IMG/VR virus record: IMGVR_UViG_3300025118_000006
Span: 1-64,000 of that record
DNA: 64,000 bases
Origin: a virus
Strand: one strand, 5' to 3'
The position numbers were made by a program, and so were the translations under genes. The first letter of the stretch is position 1, and every line of letters starts with the position of its first letter. The notes below the pieces were generated by a model. That model did no database searches. It saw nothing but the letters and a program-made list of their open reading frames with translations, and was not told the origin of the DNA. Positions 26,844 through 37,400 of this stretch are shown here, piece by piece.

Positions 26844-27809
26844 ATGATCAAGCGGGGAAGCAAGGGTCGCTTGGTTTCGGAGTTGCAGCTAGGGCTTGCA
26901 AGGCTCGGATACCACCCAGGACAGGCCGATGGAATATACGGCGGGCTAACAGAACAGGCAGTGGCAGAATTCCAGACAAAAGCACACATTTTGTCCGACG
27001 GGGTTTTTGGGCCAATAACACGCGAGGCTTTCAACGCATCTTTGAAGGAAGCTGGCATTGGTGAGCTTAGAGTTGCGATGGAGCAACCAAAGAAGTCGGT
27101 CCACGCGGTTCCAGACAAGCTACTAAGATGGGTTCGATGCCCAGCCGACACGGTTGAGGGTTATGCGGGATACTCACGAACCACTCTTCGCGAGGGAGGC
27201 GTTGCGGATGCTTACAAGCAGCTACACAAAGAGGTGAAGAGTTTGGGCGGGGTAATCACCTCTGCTGGTGGCAGGCGGTCGCTTTCAAGCAAGGCAAGCC
27301 CGTCGCGTTCAAAGTGCAGTATGCACTACCTCGGTAGAGCCTTCGATATGTCAATTTACTCAGGCATGGTGAAGCCTGAGAAAGACCCATTCATAATAAC
27401 GAAGGATACGACGGACCCTCGCGGAAGAAAGTGGGTTGTCTGGTGCAGGACTGAGAGCATGGATGTTCCCCCAGTTTCACTAGATGCGGTCTACGTGACG
27501 AGAGGAAAGAACGCCAAGGGCAGAAAATACACACAAATACACACAAAGCCGGTGACAGCCCGTGCGTTCAACTTCACAGACCTCTGCGCCAAGCACGGGT
27601 TCTACAACATCAGTGCTCGCTCATCATTCTTCAGGGGAGGCAGTTTTGGTGGCGCAGAGTGGTGGCATTTTCAGTGGGAGGACGGATTGATTCATGGTAA
27701 GACCACATTCGGGCAAGAGCTTTTAAAGGTTTACCCAGTCGAGAAGTGCAAAGAGTTCGTTTATTGGAATGTCGTAAAAGACTTTGTGTTCGGAGAGCAT
27801 TGGAATTGA
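26844..27809 (+). CDS. endolysin: peptidoglycan-binding domain plus M15-type Zn peptidase
   Basis: GSKG..V.ELQ..L...G...DGIYG..T..AV..FQ....DGVFGP.T; S.HY.GRAFD and EWWHFQ. Confidence 0.88.
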   Translation: MIKRGSKGRLVSELQLGLARLGYHPGQADGIYGGLTEQAVAEFQTKAHILSDGVFGPITREAFNASLKEAGIGELRVAMEQPKKSVHAVPDKLLRWVRCPADTVEGYAGYSRTTLREGGVADAYKQLHKEVKSLGGVITSAGGRRSLSSKASPSRSKCSMHYLGRAFDMSIYSGMVKPEKDPFIITKDTTDPRGRKWVVWCRTESMDVPPVSLDAVYVTRGKNAKGRKYTQIHTKPVTARAFNFTDLCAKHGFYNISARSSFFRGGSFGGAEWWHFQWEDGLIHGKTTFGQELLKVYPVEKCKEFVYWNVVKDFVFGEHWN

Positions 27810-28102
27810 GTGAAGACATGCAGCAAATGGTGACGCTTTTCGCGGCTATCGCGGGAGTGATACTGCCAGCCGTATGGCACCTATCCACCCGTATCCAGAG
27901 GATACAGGGGTCACAGGAGACTCACTCACGCACAGTCGAAACAAAGCTGGACAACATTGAGGTTGACCTTCGGCACGTTCGGGATGAAATCAAAGCTGCT
28001 CGCGAGGGAAGAGCGAATCTTTGGGAGCAATTGAACAGGACACGAACCCGTGTGACGCGGGTGGAAACAGTTGTAGAAATGAAAAAAGGAGAAGGCGCAT
28101 GA
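27806..28102 (+). CDS. TM plus coiled-coil lysis-cassette protein
   Basis: N-terminal TM segment, coiled coil; follows the endolysin. Confidence 0.55.
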   Translation: MSEDMQQMVTLFAAIAGVILPAVWHLSTRIQRIQGSQETHSRTVETKLDNIEVDLRHVRDEIKAAREGRANLWEQLNRTRTRVTRVETVVEMKKGEGA

Positions 28103-28539
28103 GCGTAACTATCACAAAGACTAATAACATCTCCGCTGAAGGCGATGTCCCGACGCTGGAGCAGACTATTCACGTAACCGCTGCGCCGTCGGTGCCTGTT
28201 GCGGCTCCGGCAAAGCCAGATGCGAATGACATTGCTTCTATCGCAATTATTGGTGCGACATGTGCAGTCATTGCCTACGGCTGCACTCAGGTGATTAAGT
28301 CGTTCTGCCAAGATCTGTTTCGGGTCCGCAAGATGGAAAAACCTTGGTGGTACCTCAGTCTGATAAGATTGCTTTGTATTGTTTTCGGTGGTGTTGCGGG
28401 GTTCTACTTGCAGGACTCGTTCGGTCCAGCCGAAGCGCATTTTGCAGTAGCTACTGGTTGCGGTGCGGGCGTCCTCTCTACATCAATCGTAGCGGTTGTG
28501 AAGAAGAAGATTAAAGCGGCTGCACCTTCGGACAAGTAA
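28099..28539 (+). CDS. putative holin (three TM segments)
   Basis: Three hydrophobic helices, basic C-terminus, lysis context. Confidence 0.6.
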   Translation: MSVTITKTNNISAEGDVPTLEQTIHVTAAPSVPVAAPAKPDANDIASIAIIGATCAVIAYGCTQVIKSFCQDLFRVRKMEKPWWYLSLIRLLCIVFGGVAGFYLQDSFGPAEAHFAVATGCGAGVLSTSIVAVVKKKIKAAAPSDK

Positions 28540-28883
28540 TGATACCCAGTTGGTTAAACAAAGCTTTGGGTGTCCCTATTGTTAAGTGGCTAATCGGGGC
28601 GGTTGCGCTCTTACTTGTGATTGTATGGGTGGCACTCAAGCGTATGTGGCTGCTCCAGCAACGGCTTATTGTGACACAGCAAATTCGCAACGTAGAGAAC
28701 AGCTACAATCGAGAGCGTGCAAAATTGCGATCAGACCAGCTATCAAAGCTAAATGCGCTGGCACTGAAGAGGGAGCGGCGGCATATCGAGCTAGAGCGTT
28801 CGAGGCGGGTCATTCGGAAGGCGCAAAACGAGGGTGTTGATGCGGTTGCTGGGATCGTAAACAAGGCTTTTAAGGGGAAATGA
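28539..28883 (+). CDS. putative i-spanin-like protein
   Basis: N-terminal TM segment plus coiled coil. Confidence 0.45.
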   Translation: MIPSWLNKALGVPIVKWLIGAVALLLVIVWVALKRMWLLQQRLIVTQQIRNVENSYNRERAKLRSDQLSKLNALALKRERRHIELERSRRVIRKAQNEGVDAVAGIVNKAFKGK

Positions 28884-29293
28884 TGCGGTCGGTTGCGCTG
28901 ATGCTTGTTATGGTTCTAGTTGGGCAAACCTCTCTAAAAGCACAGGTTTGCACTCAGGCGGTCGGAATCGAGGCTGGCGTCGTAACACCGTGCGACGGTG
29001 TGCTTTGGAGCCCTACGCACTCAGTACAGGCTGTGGAGTGCGTGTCTGTAGATCTACCGAAGTGTGTTGCAGATGTGGATTACCATAGCGGTCGGTCTGC
29101 TACTTGTCGCCAGCACATCTCGAAACTGGAGACATTGTGCGACGGGAAGATCGGCCAACTAATCGACATTGCTGAAGATGCTGCGGGCCTGAAGCCGGAG
29201 CCGTGGTATAAGAACCCGTGGCTGATGTTGGGATTAGGGGTGGTCATAGGCGGGGCTTCGGTTTACTATATTGGTACGAACTACGGGAACTAA
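28880..29293 (+). CDS. secreted Cys-rich protein with C-terminal TM segment (spanin-like)
   Basis: Signal peptide, six Cys, PWYKNPWLMLGLGVVIGG tail. Confidence 0.5.
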   Translation: MMRSVALMLVMVLVGQTSLKAQVCTQAVGIEAGVVTPCDGVLWSPTHSVQAVECVSVDLPKCVADVDYHSGRSATCRQHISKLETLCDGKIGQLIDIAEDAAGLKPEPWYKNPWLMLGLGVVIGGASVYYIGTNYGN

Positions 29294-29295
29294 GC

Positions 29296-30912
29296 ATGGG
29301 TTGGTTAAAAAACATCGTTGCGCCAGACGTTATTGATCTGGAAAAAGCACGCAAAGCCGAGGTTGTGAACAAGTCAAAGGCTTGGAGCTTCGACCCAAAC
29401 GAGCTACGGACAGGTCTGTACGGCGGGCCTGAAGTAGCGGAGCACCAAGGTACGCTAGGGGTCAATTACAACACACTTATGGTTATGAGCCGGGTGCCCA
29501 TTATAGGTGCCATTATACAGCTTAGAACAAACCAGTTAGCTGAATTCGCGATGCCACAAATGTCGCGCTACGGCCTTGGATTTAAGATCGCGATGCGCGA
29601 CAAAAAAGCCAAGGCGACGACAGCAGCGGAAAATCAGATTAAGGAAATACAGACGCTCATACAGACATGTGGTGGCTACAAGTACGAACCCCAAGGTTTC
29701 GAGGGTTTCATGCGGAAGATTGTTCGAGATTCGCTCACCTATGATCAAGCGAACTTCGAGGTTGTTTACAACAAGGCCGGTAAGCCCGGAGCTTTCTGCG
29801 CTGTGGATGCGATGACAATCAGAAGAGCTATCCCAAAGGACGCCAAGCGCAAGGGCGGGGCAGCAGGTCTTGACAGCAACGATAAGGATGCTTTCGTTCA
29901 GGTTCTAGGCAATAAGCAGGTAGCTGAATTCGGAAGGCAGGAGATGGCTTGGGGGATTAGAAGACCCAGGACTTGGATGAGAGTAAACGGCTACGGCTAT
30001 CCAGAGTTGGAAGAGTCGATGAGGATCATAACAAACCTCTTGAATGCGGCTGAATACAACTCAAACAACTTCACTCATGGAGTTCACGCGAATTCGATTC
30101 TGACAGTGAAGTCTGGGATGTCGAAAGAGGTGTTTGCGGCTTTCAGGCGACAGTTTTACGCAATGGTTTCCGGGGTTCGCAATGCGAAGAGAACACCGAT
30201 TATCCAGCTTGACCCAGAGATGAAGGAAGAAATCTCAAACGTGTCAATGAGCCAATCGAACAAGGAAATGGAATACTCCAACTGGATGTCTTTCCTCCTT
30301 AAAGTCTTGTGTAGCGTGTACGGCCTGGACGCGGCAGAGCTAGGCTTCGTGTATGGCAACGAAGGGCAGGCGGCTTCACTCTCGCAAAAAGGGCCGGAGG
30401 AGCGAATTGTCGCGTCGAAGGAGCGTGGGTTGAGGCCGCTCGTTCGTGCCGTACAGGGATGGATGAATCAGTGGGTTGTTTACCCGGTAGACGAGGATTT
30501 TGAGATTCAATTCGTAGGTTTCGACGCTCACTCTGAATCAGAAAAGGTAGAGCTAGACACGAAGGCTGTAAAAGCGTTTAAAACCGTAAACGAAATCCGC
30601 GCAGAACACGACCTACCGCCACTCGAAGACAGCGTTGCTGACATGGTCTTAGATCCAACTTACGTGCAGTTTGCAACGGCGGGTGGAGAAGAAGAGGGCG
30701 GCGAGGAAGAAGGCGACTACGGGTCATATTTTGATGACTCTAAAGGCGACGAAGGCGAAGATGACGAGGAAAAGGGAGAAGAGGAAGTGCCCAGTGGCAA
30801 GCCGAAGAAGCCAGAGCCTCGAAAAAAAGAAGGCGGCAAAGGCGACTATAGTGACTCCTTTGAAGAGAAAACAGAAAAAGGGCTCCGAACGGTCACTATC
30901 GAGGTGACCTAG
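29296..30912 (+). CDS. portal protein
   Basis: RDSLTYDQ, VDAMTIR, GYGYPELE, DAAELG, SKERGLRPL and TVNEIR motifs of Twort/SPO1-type portals; acidic tail. Confidence 0.9.
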   Translation: MGWLKNIVAPDVIDLEKARKAEVVNKSKAWSFDPNELRTGLYGGPEVAEHQGTLGVNYNTLMVMSRVPIIGAIIQLRTNQLAEFAMPQMSRYGLGFKIAMRDKKAKATTAAENQIKEIQTLIQTCGGYKYEPQGFEGFMRKIVRDSLTYDQANFEVVYNKAGKPGAFCAVDAMTIRRAIPKDAKRKGGAAGLDSNDKDAFVQVLGNKQVAEFGRQEMAWGIRRPRTWMRVNGYGYPELEESMRIITNLLNAAEYNSNNFTHGVHANSILTVKSGMSKEVFAAFRRQFYAMVSGVRNAKRTPIIQLDPEMKEEISNVSMSQSNKEMEYSNWMSFLLKVLCSVYGLDAAELGFVYGNEGQAASLSQKGPEERIVASKERGLRPLVRAVQGWMNQWVVYPVDEDFEIQFVGFDAHSESEKVELDTKAVKAFKTVNEIRAEHDLPPLEDSVADMVLDPTYVQFATAGGEEEGGEEEGDYGSYFDDSKGDEGEDDEEKGEEEVPSGKPKKPEPRKKEGGKGDYSDSFEEKTEKGLRTVTIEVT

Positions 30913-31202
30913 TGAAAGTAATCGTAAAAGAATCCTTTTCAGGAGAGCTTGACAGTCGCCACGCGGTAGAAAAATTGGAACAGGCTATAAGCGAGTTCTC
31001 AGAACTTGCTGGGTTGGGGGTGGGTAATTCGTTCCAAAAGCACACTTGTGATGGCCACGAGGTTTTGGAAAAGGCCGTAAAGACACACGACCACCGAGTG
31101 GACGCTGTCGATGAGATGGTTGAGTTAATGCGTAAGGCTTATGAGAAGCGCATGAAGGCGATGGTCAAAGACATCGCGAAGCGTGTCAGCGATGGCGTCT
31201 AA
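30912..31202 (+). CDS. small head-module protein
   Basis: GAGGTG SD; coupled on both sides. Confidence 0.6.
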   Translation: MKVIVKESFSGELDSRHAVEKLEQAISEFSELAGLGVGNSFQKHTCDGHEVLEKAVKTHDHRVDAVDEMVELMRKAYEKRMKAMVKDIAKRVSDGV

Positions 31203-33682
31203 TGTCCTTACCACCAAAAATAGATGACATAGTATCCGCGCACCACGATGGGTTCCTCTACGATCTTTTTGGAGAAAGCCTCGGTCTTCCACTGGAAAGG
31301 GTCGCTGAGTTGCGAAGTATGGGGATACTTCCTGATATCCCGGTACCAATTTTAGCCCGTGCAGGGCTGGACGTATTGGCTGCTCGCCCGCTCATGATGG
31401 CCATGATGATTGGTGCCGCAAAGCAGTCGATGGAACCTGGGAGGCGAAAACAGGCAGACCGATGGCCCGCAAAGAAGTGGGCCAAGCAAATCATCAGAGA
31501 TGCCCCTTCGGTAAGTTCACCACCCCCGACTATCCCCTCGGTGACACCTATCGGTGGCGATACGCCTGACCTTCCACCACCACCTCCTCCTCCTCCGACC
31601 GGATCGGGAGGTGGTGGGCCTAAACCACCGGACCCACCGGACTTTTTGACCGACCTACAGAGGCACTCTTGGACGCAAGCAAGGGAGCGTGCAGGATCGT
31701 TTGTTCGAGGGCTAGGTAACATTGTCACAGCAGAAGCAGAAACAACGCTTGCGGAAGTGTGGAACGGAGAGCAAATAGAGCGCGAGACAGACGCAGATAA
31801 GCGTGCAGAGGTTGTCGATATCATTCGGGAAGAGACGGCGGCAGCCACCGCCAACAACACGAAGTGGAGATCTAGTACAGCGCAAAAGCTCGCATCAAAC
31901 CTTGCACACAGGACTGGTGACTGGAGTCGCAATTGGGAGCGGATAGCGCGAACGGAGCTTCAGGGTGCGTACAATGAGGGCAGTGTGTTGGAGGCCATCG
32001 AATGGGACGGCCCAGACGCGCTCATAGCCAGAATACCTGAGCCAAGCGCGTGCGCTGATTGCCGACGTGTACACATGACACGAGATGGCAGGCCACGGGT
32101 TTTCAAGGCGAGCGACCTCATAAACAATGGTACAAATGTAGGCCGAAAACGCGCACAGTGGCAGGCTACTATCTGGCCCGTTCACCCGAATTGTAGATGC
32201 GACACGCAACACATCCCCGAGGGAATGGAGTTCGATGATGAGTGGGGGCTTGTATACAAGGCGTATTCATTCTCGCAGTTAGCGAACCTTGTAAAGGCCA
32301 AGGGCTATCTATACAAGGCAGGGCCTTTTATCGGTCCACGCGGTGGCAAGTGGGCTGACGCGAAGCATACGATAGCCTGGAAGGAAAAACAGACAACAAG
32401 GACTAAGGGGCATGAAATAGCAAGACTCCCGCCAGAGGTTCAATCAGAAATAGCAGGGGCGGTCACTTTTGTGACCCGCCTTTTTCCAGAATTGCAAGAT
32501 GTCCGCGTGGTGATTGCAGATCATGATCTTGGCCATTCTCACGCCACTAAGGACAGTAAAAAAATCAAGCTCAACCCCACAACTTGGCTGGACGTAAATA
32601 AGCTAAAACAGCAACGGGATGAGGCGGCAGGGCTGGTGGTAGATGGGTCGATCAAGGGCATTATCGTACACGAGTTAGGCCATATACTGGCTGGCCGAAT
32701 ACTCAACGCGCTTGGATCGAAAAAGTACAACGAAATAGCGCAAAAGCACTTAGGCGTACCGCAAGATGGCTTAGATCCGTGGGGAGAGCCTGTATTCACC
32801 ACGCTGTCTAACTCTGACATGCCAAGCGCATACGCTATGGATAACAGGAGCGAGTACGAGGCAGAAGCCTTTTCAGCAGCGGTATTTGGAAAAGCAGAAA
32901 CGAACCCCAAGTGGGCGGCAGGGGCTGTAAACAAGTCTAAAGCGTATTGGGCAGACATGCTCCACGCTTATCGAAATCTAAGCAAGTCATTAGCAAAATC
33001 CGGTCCCTACATCGGCCCTCGCGGTGGTAAGTGGGCTGACGCCAAGCATACAATTGCGTGGAAGGAAAAGTCTAAGAGGCAGCTTAAAAGGGAGGCTTCG
33101 GAGAAGAGAAAGAAGGCGCGAGCGAGCGCAGAAGGGCCTGCGGTAGAGGCGTATAACAAGGCCGTTAAAGACCACAACGAACACGATGACGCTGGGTATG
33201 ACGCAAACGCTTCGGACATGGTCGATGTCGCGTACGGCGGGTACGCACCGGCAAAAATAGACGCCATGAAGGTTTGGGCCAAAAAGGTGGGGCTAGAGGT
33301 TGGCGAAACTGATTTTTCAGGTGGAGCATCGTATGGCAGCGCGTACATACAATTGAAAGTTCCAGGCATCGGCGCGGTGGGAGGATCAGGACGGTTGGAC
33401 CGGGCCGTTGTTGTGAGAATGTCGGATCACGGAAACATGGCGCGAGTTGGCGGGCGGCTGCAAACTGACACAAACATAGCGCCTGATTTTGGTTGGACTT
33501 TCATGAAAGGGATAGGGCACGCGATTGGTATCTTGCGCGAACGCTTTCAAGAGCACCTCGACAACGCAGACGACGACGATTATTTCGACCAAGACCCAGA
33601 TGGCGATGCAGAGCGCAAGCGAATGGAAGAGGCTATGCCACTTCTTGACAAGCTCGGAAAGCTGTACCGAAAACCCGGTTAA
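31202..33682 (+). CDS. MuF (SPP1 gp7-like) head protein fused to a zincin domain and a second cargo domain
   Basis: WERIARTE, C..C, PVHPNCRC (MuF); HELGH...S.YA....EYEAEAF (zincin); two GPxIGPRGGKWADAKHTIAWKE tags. Confidence 0.85.
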   Translation: MSLPPKIDDIVSAHHDGFLYDLFGESLGLPLERVAELRSMGILPDIPVPILARAGLDVLAARPLMMAMMIGAAKQSMEPGRRKQADRWPAKKWAKQIIRDAPSVSSPPPTIPSVTPIGGDTPDLPPPPPPPPTGSGGGGPKPPDPPDFLTDLQRHSWTQARERAGSFVRGLGNIVTAEAETTLAEVWNGEQIERETDADKRAEVVDIIREETAAATANNTKWRSSTAQKLASNLAHRTGDWSRNWERIARTELQGAYNEGSVLEAIEWDGPDALIARIPEPSACADCRRVHMTRDGRPRVFKASDLINNGTNVGRKRAQWQATIWPVHPNCRCDTQHIPEGMEFDDEWGLVYKAYSFSQLANLVKAKGYLYKAGPFIGPRGGKWADAKHTIAWKEKQTTRTKGHEIARLPPEVQSEIAGAVTFVTRLFPELQDVRVVIADHDLGHSHATKDSKKIKLNPTTWLDVNKLKQQRDEAAGLVVDGSIKGIIVHELGHILAGRILNALGSKKYNEIAQKHLGVPQDGLDPWGEPVFTTLSNSDMPSAYAMDNRSEYEAEAFSAAVFGKAETNPKWAAGAVNKSKAYWADMLHAYRNLSKSLAKSGPYIGPRGGKWADAKHTIAWKEKSKRQLKREASEKRKKARASAEGPAVEAYNKAVKDHNEHDDAGYDANASDMVDVAYGGYAPAKIDAMKVWAKKVGLEVGETDFSGGASYGSAYIQLKVPGIGAVGGSGRLDRAVVVRMSDHGNMARVGGRLQTDTNIAPDFGWTFMKGIGHAIGILRERFQEHLDNADDDDYFDQDPDGDAERKRMEEAMPLLDKLGKLYRKPG

Positions 33683-33746
33683 AAACACACTTGTTGAACT
33701 GAAAGCCACTCCATAGTAATTTGAACTGAACAACTCGGAGCCCACA

Positions 33747-34496
33747 ATGAAGACTTTTCAAAGCCTGAACGACATTTACAAGGCTGCAAAGAAGCCAAAG
33801 AAGGAAGAGAAGGAACCTGAAGAAGAGGTGTCCGAGGGGCAAATGTCCTTGTTTGACGGCCTAAAAAAGGCCGCAGACGAAGAAGAGGACGAGGACGAGA
33901 AGCGCGACAAGAAGCTGCAACAACGGCTCGACGAAGAGGCGGCTGGTGGCGAGGAAGAGTATAAGCGGATGAAAGAGGAAGAGGCTGAGAAGTCTTTCTC
34001 GGGCCTCGAAGGAATGGACATTGTCAAAAACATGGCCAAGGTCCAGGCCGAAATGAAGAGCGGGAAGTCCGCGAAAGAAGCTGTTCAGGCCGCATACCCG
34101 GATTACACCGAAGAGCAGGTAGAGATCTTTGTGAAGGACATGAAGAAAGGCTACGGCGTCTATCGTGCCAAGAAGGAAAAGAAGATGATTAAGTCAGACA
34201 ATGAGAACACACGGCTTGTGGTGAGCCTCACAAAAGGCGCATTGGAAGAGAGCGTTTCGATCATGCGAGGTGGTCCAAGTCGAGCAGACGTGGCTACAGC
34301 GTTGGCTTCATCGATTAAGAAGGGTTTCAACATCCCTGCGGAGTTCCCAGAGATGATGTTAGACGATCTCGACACATGCTCTAACGTAGCTCGCAAGAGC
34401 TTTGCTAATGCGTGCATGATGACCGCATCGGGATACCCAGAATTGCAGGTAGCTGGCGACATGGTCGGGTACCTTGAAGAGCTTACAGAAGGATAA
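33747..34496 (+). CDS. highly charged head-module protein (internal/scaffold-like)
   Basis: GGAG SD; many hydrophobic-x-K-[ASG] sites. Confidence 0.6.
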   Translation: MKTFQSLNDIYKAAKKPKKEEKEPEEEVSEGQMSLFDGLKKAADEEEDEDEKRDKKLQQRLDEEAAGGEEEYKRMKEEEAEKSFSGLEGMDIVKNMAKVQAEMKSGKSAKEAVQAAYPDYTEEQVEIFVKDMKKGYGVYRAKKEKKMIKSDNENTRLVVSLTKGALEESVSIMRGGPSRADVATALASSIKKGFNIPAEFPEMMLDDLDTCSNVARKSFANACMMTASGYPELQVAGDMVGYLEELTEG

Positions 34497-34499
34497 ATT

Positions 34500-37400
34500 A
34501 TGGCAGATTTTACGTCGCTAATTCATGGTGGGCTCAACGATCTCCGCAAGGGGAAGGGTCCGTTTATCGGACCCCGTGGCGGCAAGTGGGCCGATGCCAA
34601 GCATACAATTGCGTGGAAAGAGGACGGTGGGAAGTCGGGTGGTAAAAAGTTCAAGCCGGACCCTGAGTATAAGTTAAGCTCGGAGGGGCATAACAAAAAA
34701 GACTACAACCGTGGCCTGAAGGAGGGGATGTCTAGCACGACAATCCCGCAAACGTCCGAAAAAGATAAGAAAGACACGAGCTATATGGCTGGCCTGAAAC
34801 AGGGCTTAATGGTGCAGATTAAGGCAAAAGACCACGCGAAAGCTCGCTATAAAATGCTGCGAGAAAGAGCAGACCGAGGTGAAAAGGGTGGGATTCCGAA
34901 GGGGTCTAGTGTCACCGAGAAAGTCTACATCGAGGCAAACACCGACGCCATCATGGAGAACATCCTGTCCGGCATGGAGCCGGACGGAAAGGGTGGCTAC
35001 AAGGGTGGCTATAGAAAAGCCTCCACCACCTTCTCGGACCTCGCGAAAGGAAAGCCCACAAAGTATCTCAAGCGTAAACGCGGCAAGGGTGGTCGCTACG
35101 AGTACACCTACGCCGAAGACGGTAAACCTAAGAAGAAGAAGGGCCGCTTTGGGAACCTTCTAAGCACGTTGATGGGTGTCGTTAAGAAGCATCCATACGC
35201 GCTGATGGGTGAGTTTAAGTCGATGGTACGCGACTTCGATTTGGATGAGCTAATTGAGATGCGCTCCGAGATCAAAGACGCACTCGAAGCGAAACCTGAG
35301 AAGAAGGCTCCGGGCGAGAAGAAGGCTCCCAAGAAAGAAACCGCCGAAAAGAAAAAGCCAGCCCCAAAGAAAGGCCCGTCGGAGAAAGATATTCTTCGCC
35401 AGATGCTCAAGGCCATCGACAAGATGATCGCCAAGAAGCAGGAGGCGAACTCGAAGCTAAGTCTGAGGAGCTTGGTCGCGGGCTATCACAAGGGCGACAC
35501 TGAAGCGATTAAAGAGCTATACAAGAGAGCGCAGGAATTGCTTCCTGGCATTCGCATCTCAGACGCTCTTAACGTGGTCGCAACGGCGGCTGAAAACTAC
35601 GGGAAATTGCCGAAAGAATTTGTGGACGAGATGATTCGGGAGAACCGGGTCAAGGGCAAGAAGCCACCCGCAGCCGCTACAGAAGAGGCTCCGAAGCCCG
35701 CTGCCAAATACGAACGCTCAAAGTGGGCTGATTTTAAGAGCCAAATGGCCTCGTCTGACGGCGGCGCAAAATTAAACAGGCAATACGCGGAATTCGCGAA
35801 AAACGCACTGAAAGCCACGTCAAAGAAAGACCTAAAGCACGCCATCGAACAGGCGAAGGCAGCGAGTAGAAAGGATGACACGGTGGTCACTAGGACTGGT
35901 GTCGGGTATTCGACAGGAATCAAAGGCAAATTAAAGCGATTGCAAGCCCACTTGGAAAACAAGCTCAAGCTAGTGTCCAAGTATGGCGAGAGCGGGTTGG
36001 CCAAAGAAAGCGAAAAAAAGCAGAAAGAAAAGAAGCCAGTCACTCCGCAAGTTCCCGCGATGGAGGGCATGGCACCACTTGGAATAGCTCCGAAGCCCGC
36101 TGGCGAGGACATTGGCGTAGCCAAAGAGAGAGGCGACAACCGATACAAAAGCTCTGGCACCACCGACAAGGCCACGAATCACGATGAGATTATCGCCGCT
36201 GGCGGGGAATACCTCGGTCAAGGTGTGTACACGGATAAAGGTCCACCCAAGGCAAAGCGTGGGAAAAAGGGCAAGGTTGAGATCGTCCACCGTGGAGAAA
36301 AGAAACTGACCGATGGGACCATCTACGGCAAGGGTGACTGGGCCATCACTAAGCAACTTGAGTCGAAAAGGGTTACAGTGACAAACATAGCTACCGGGCA
36401 CTCCATCGGTGGCGAGATGTCCGGGCCACAGGCTTCGTACTTGATGGACCAAGTCATGGAATTGGAAGCGAGTGGAAAGCTGGACGGGTTCGACCCAGAC
36501 AATTTGTCCTCATCGTCATCAAAACCAGCGTTTGATGCTCTCAAGAAAGTCGCAGACGAAGTGCGCGAGGAAGGTAACTCTGGTATGCCTATCTGGAGCC
36601 GACGAAACAAGGCGAAACGAGAGGCTAACAGGCGGGCGAAGGTCGAGAAGCTCACCGAAGCAGCGTCCGTGAAAGGCGTCATCAGCCGCCCACTAGCCCT
36701 GGCTGATGTGAAAAGAAAAGAGCACAAGAGCGGAGAGGCCGCTCACAAGCGGGCAAGAAATTTTCAATCTACAGACGAATTCCGACTAAATCTTCAGCAG
36801 TCCATAGTAGACCGTTTCGAGGGCGAGCAGTACATGATTTCAACGGACGGCCACAGGATGGCGTTGATACCAGTATCGAATGACGTGAAACAAGGGGTGG
36901 GCTACGGCGAGGGTTCGCGAGATGCTCTGGGTGGAGGACGTGAATTTCCAAACTATAAGCAGGTCATACCGGATGACCGGAAGGCAAATGACACCCACGA
37001 CTTCGACGCCGAAACACTGCTGGCGCACGCGAAGCTGGGGGCATCGACGCCGGGTGTCATGGCGGGTTACGTTCATTTATACGCAGACGGTGGTGCCCAC
37101 AAAGCCCAAGCCAGTCATTCGGCTGTGATATCGCCTGAAGTTGACGAGAGGGAAAAGGGCATGGCGGGGATCGCTCTTGCGGAGTCCAAGCGCCCTTCCA
37201 CTGCGGGCGAGCCCACCGGAGGCGACAGCAAGAGCATCTCGGTGAACGCAAGGTATTTGGTAGACGCCCTTGAGGGCGCAAAAGGCTCAGTGTCCGTGTA
37301 TTACAAGGACAAAGGTAGCCAGATGATCATTGAAAGAGCCGATGGCGAGATACACGTCATCATGCCTGTGCGTGATGCTATGCCGAAGGACCACCCACAC

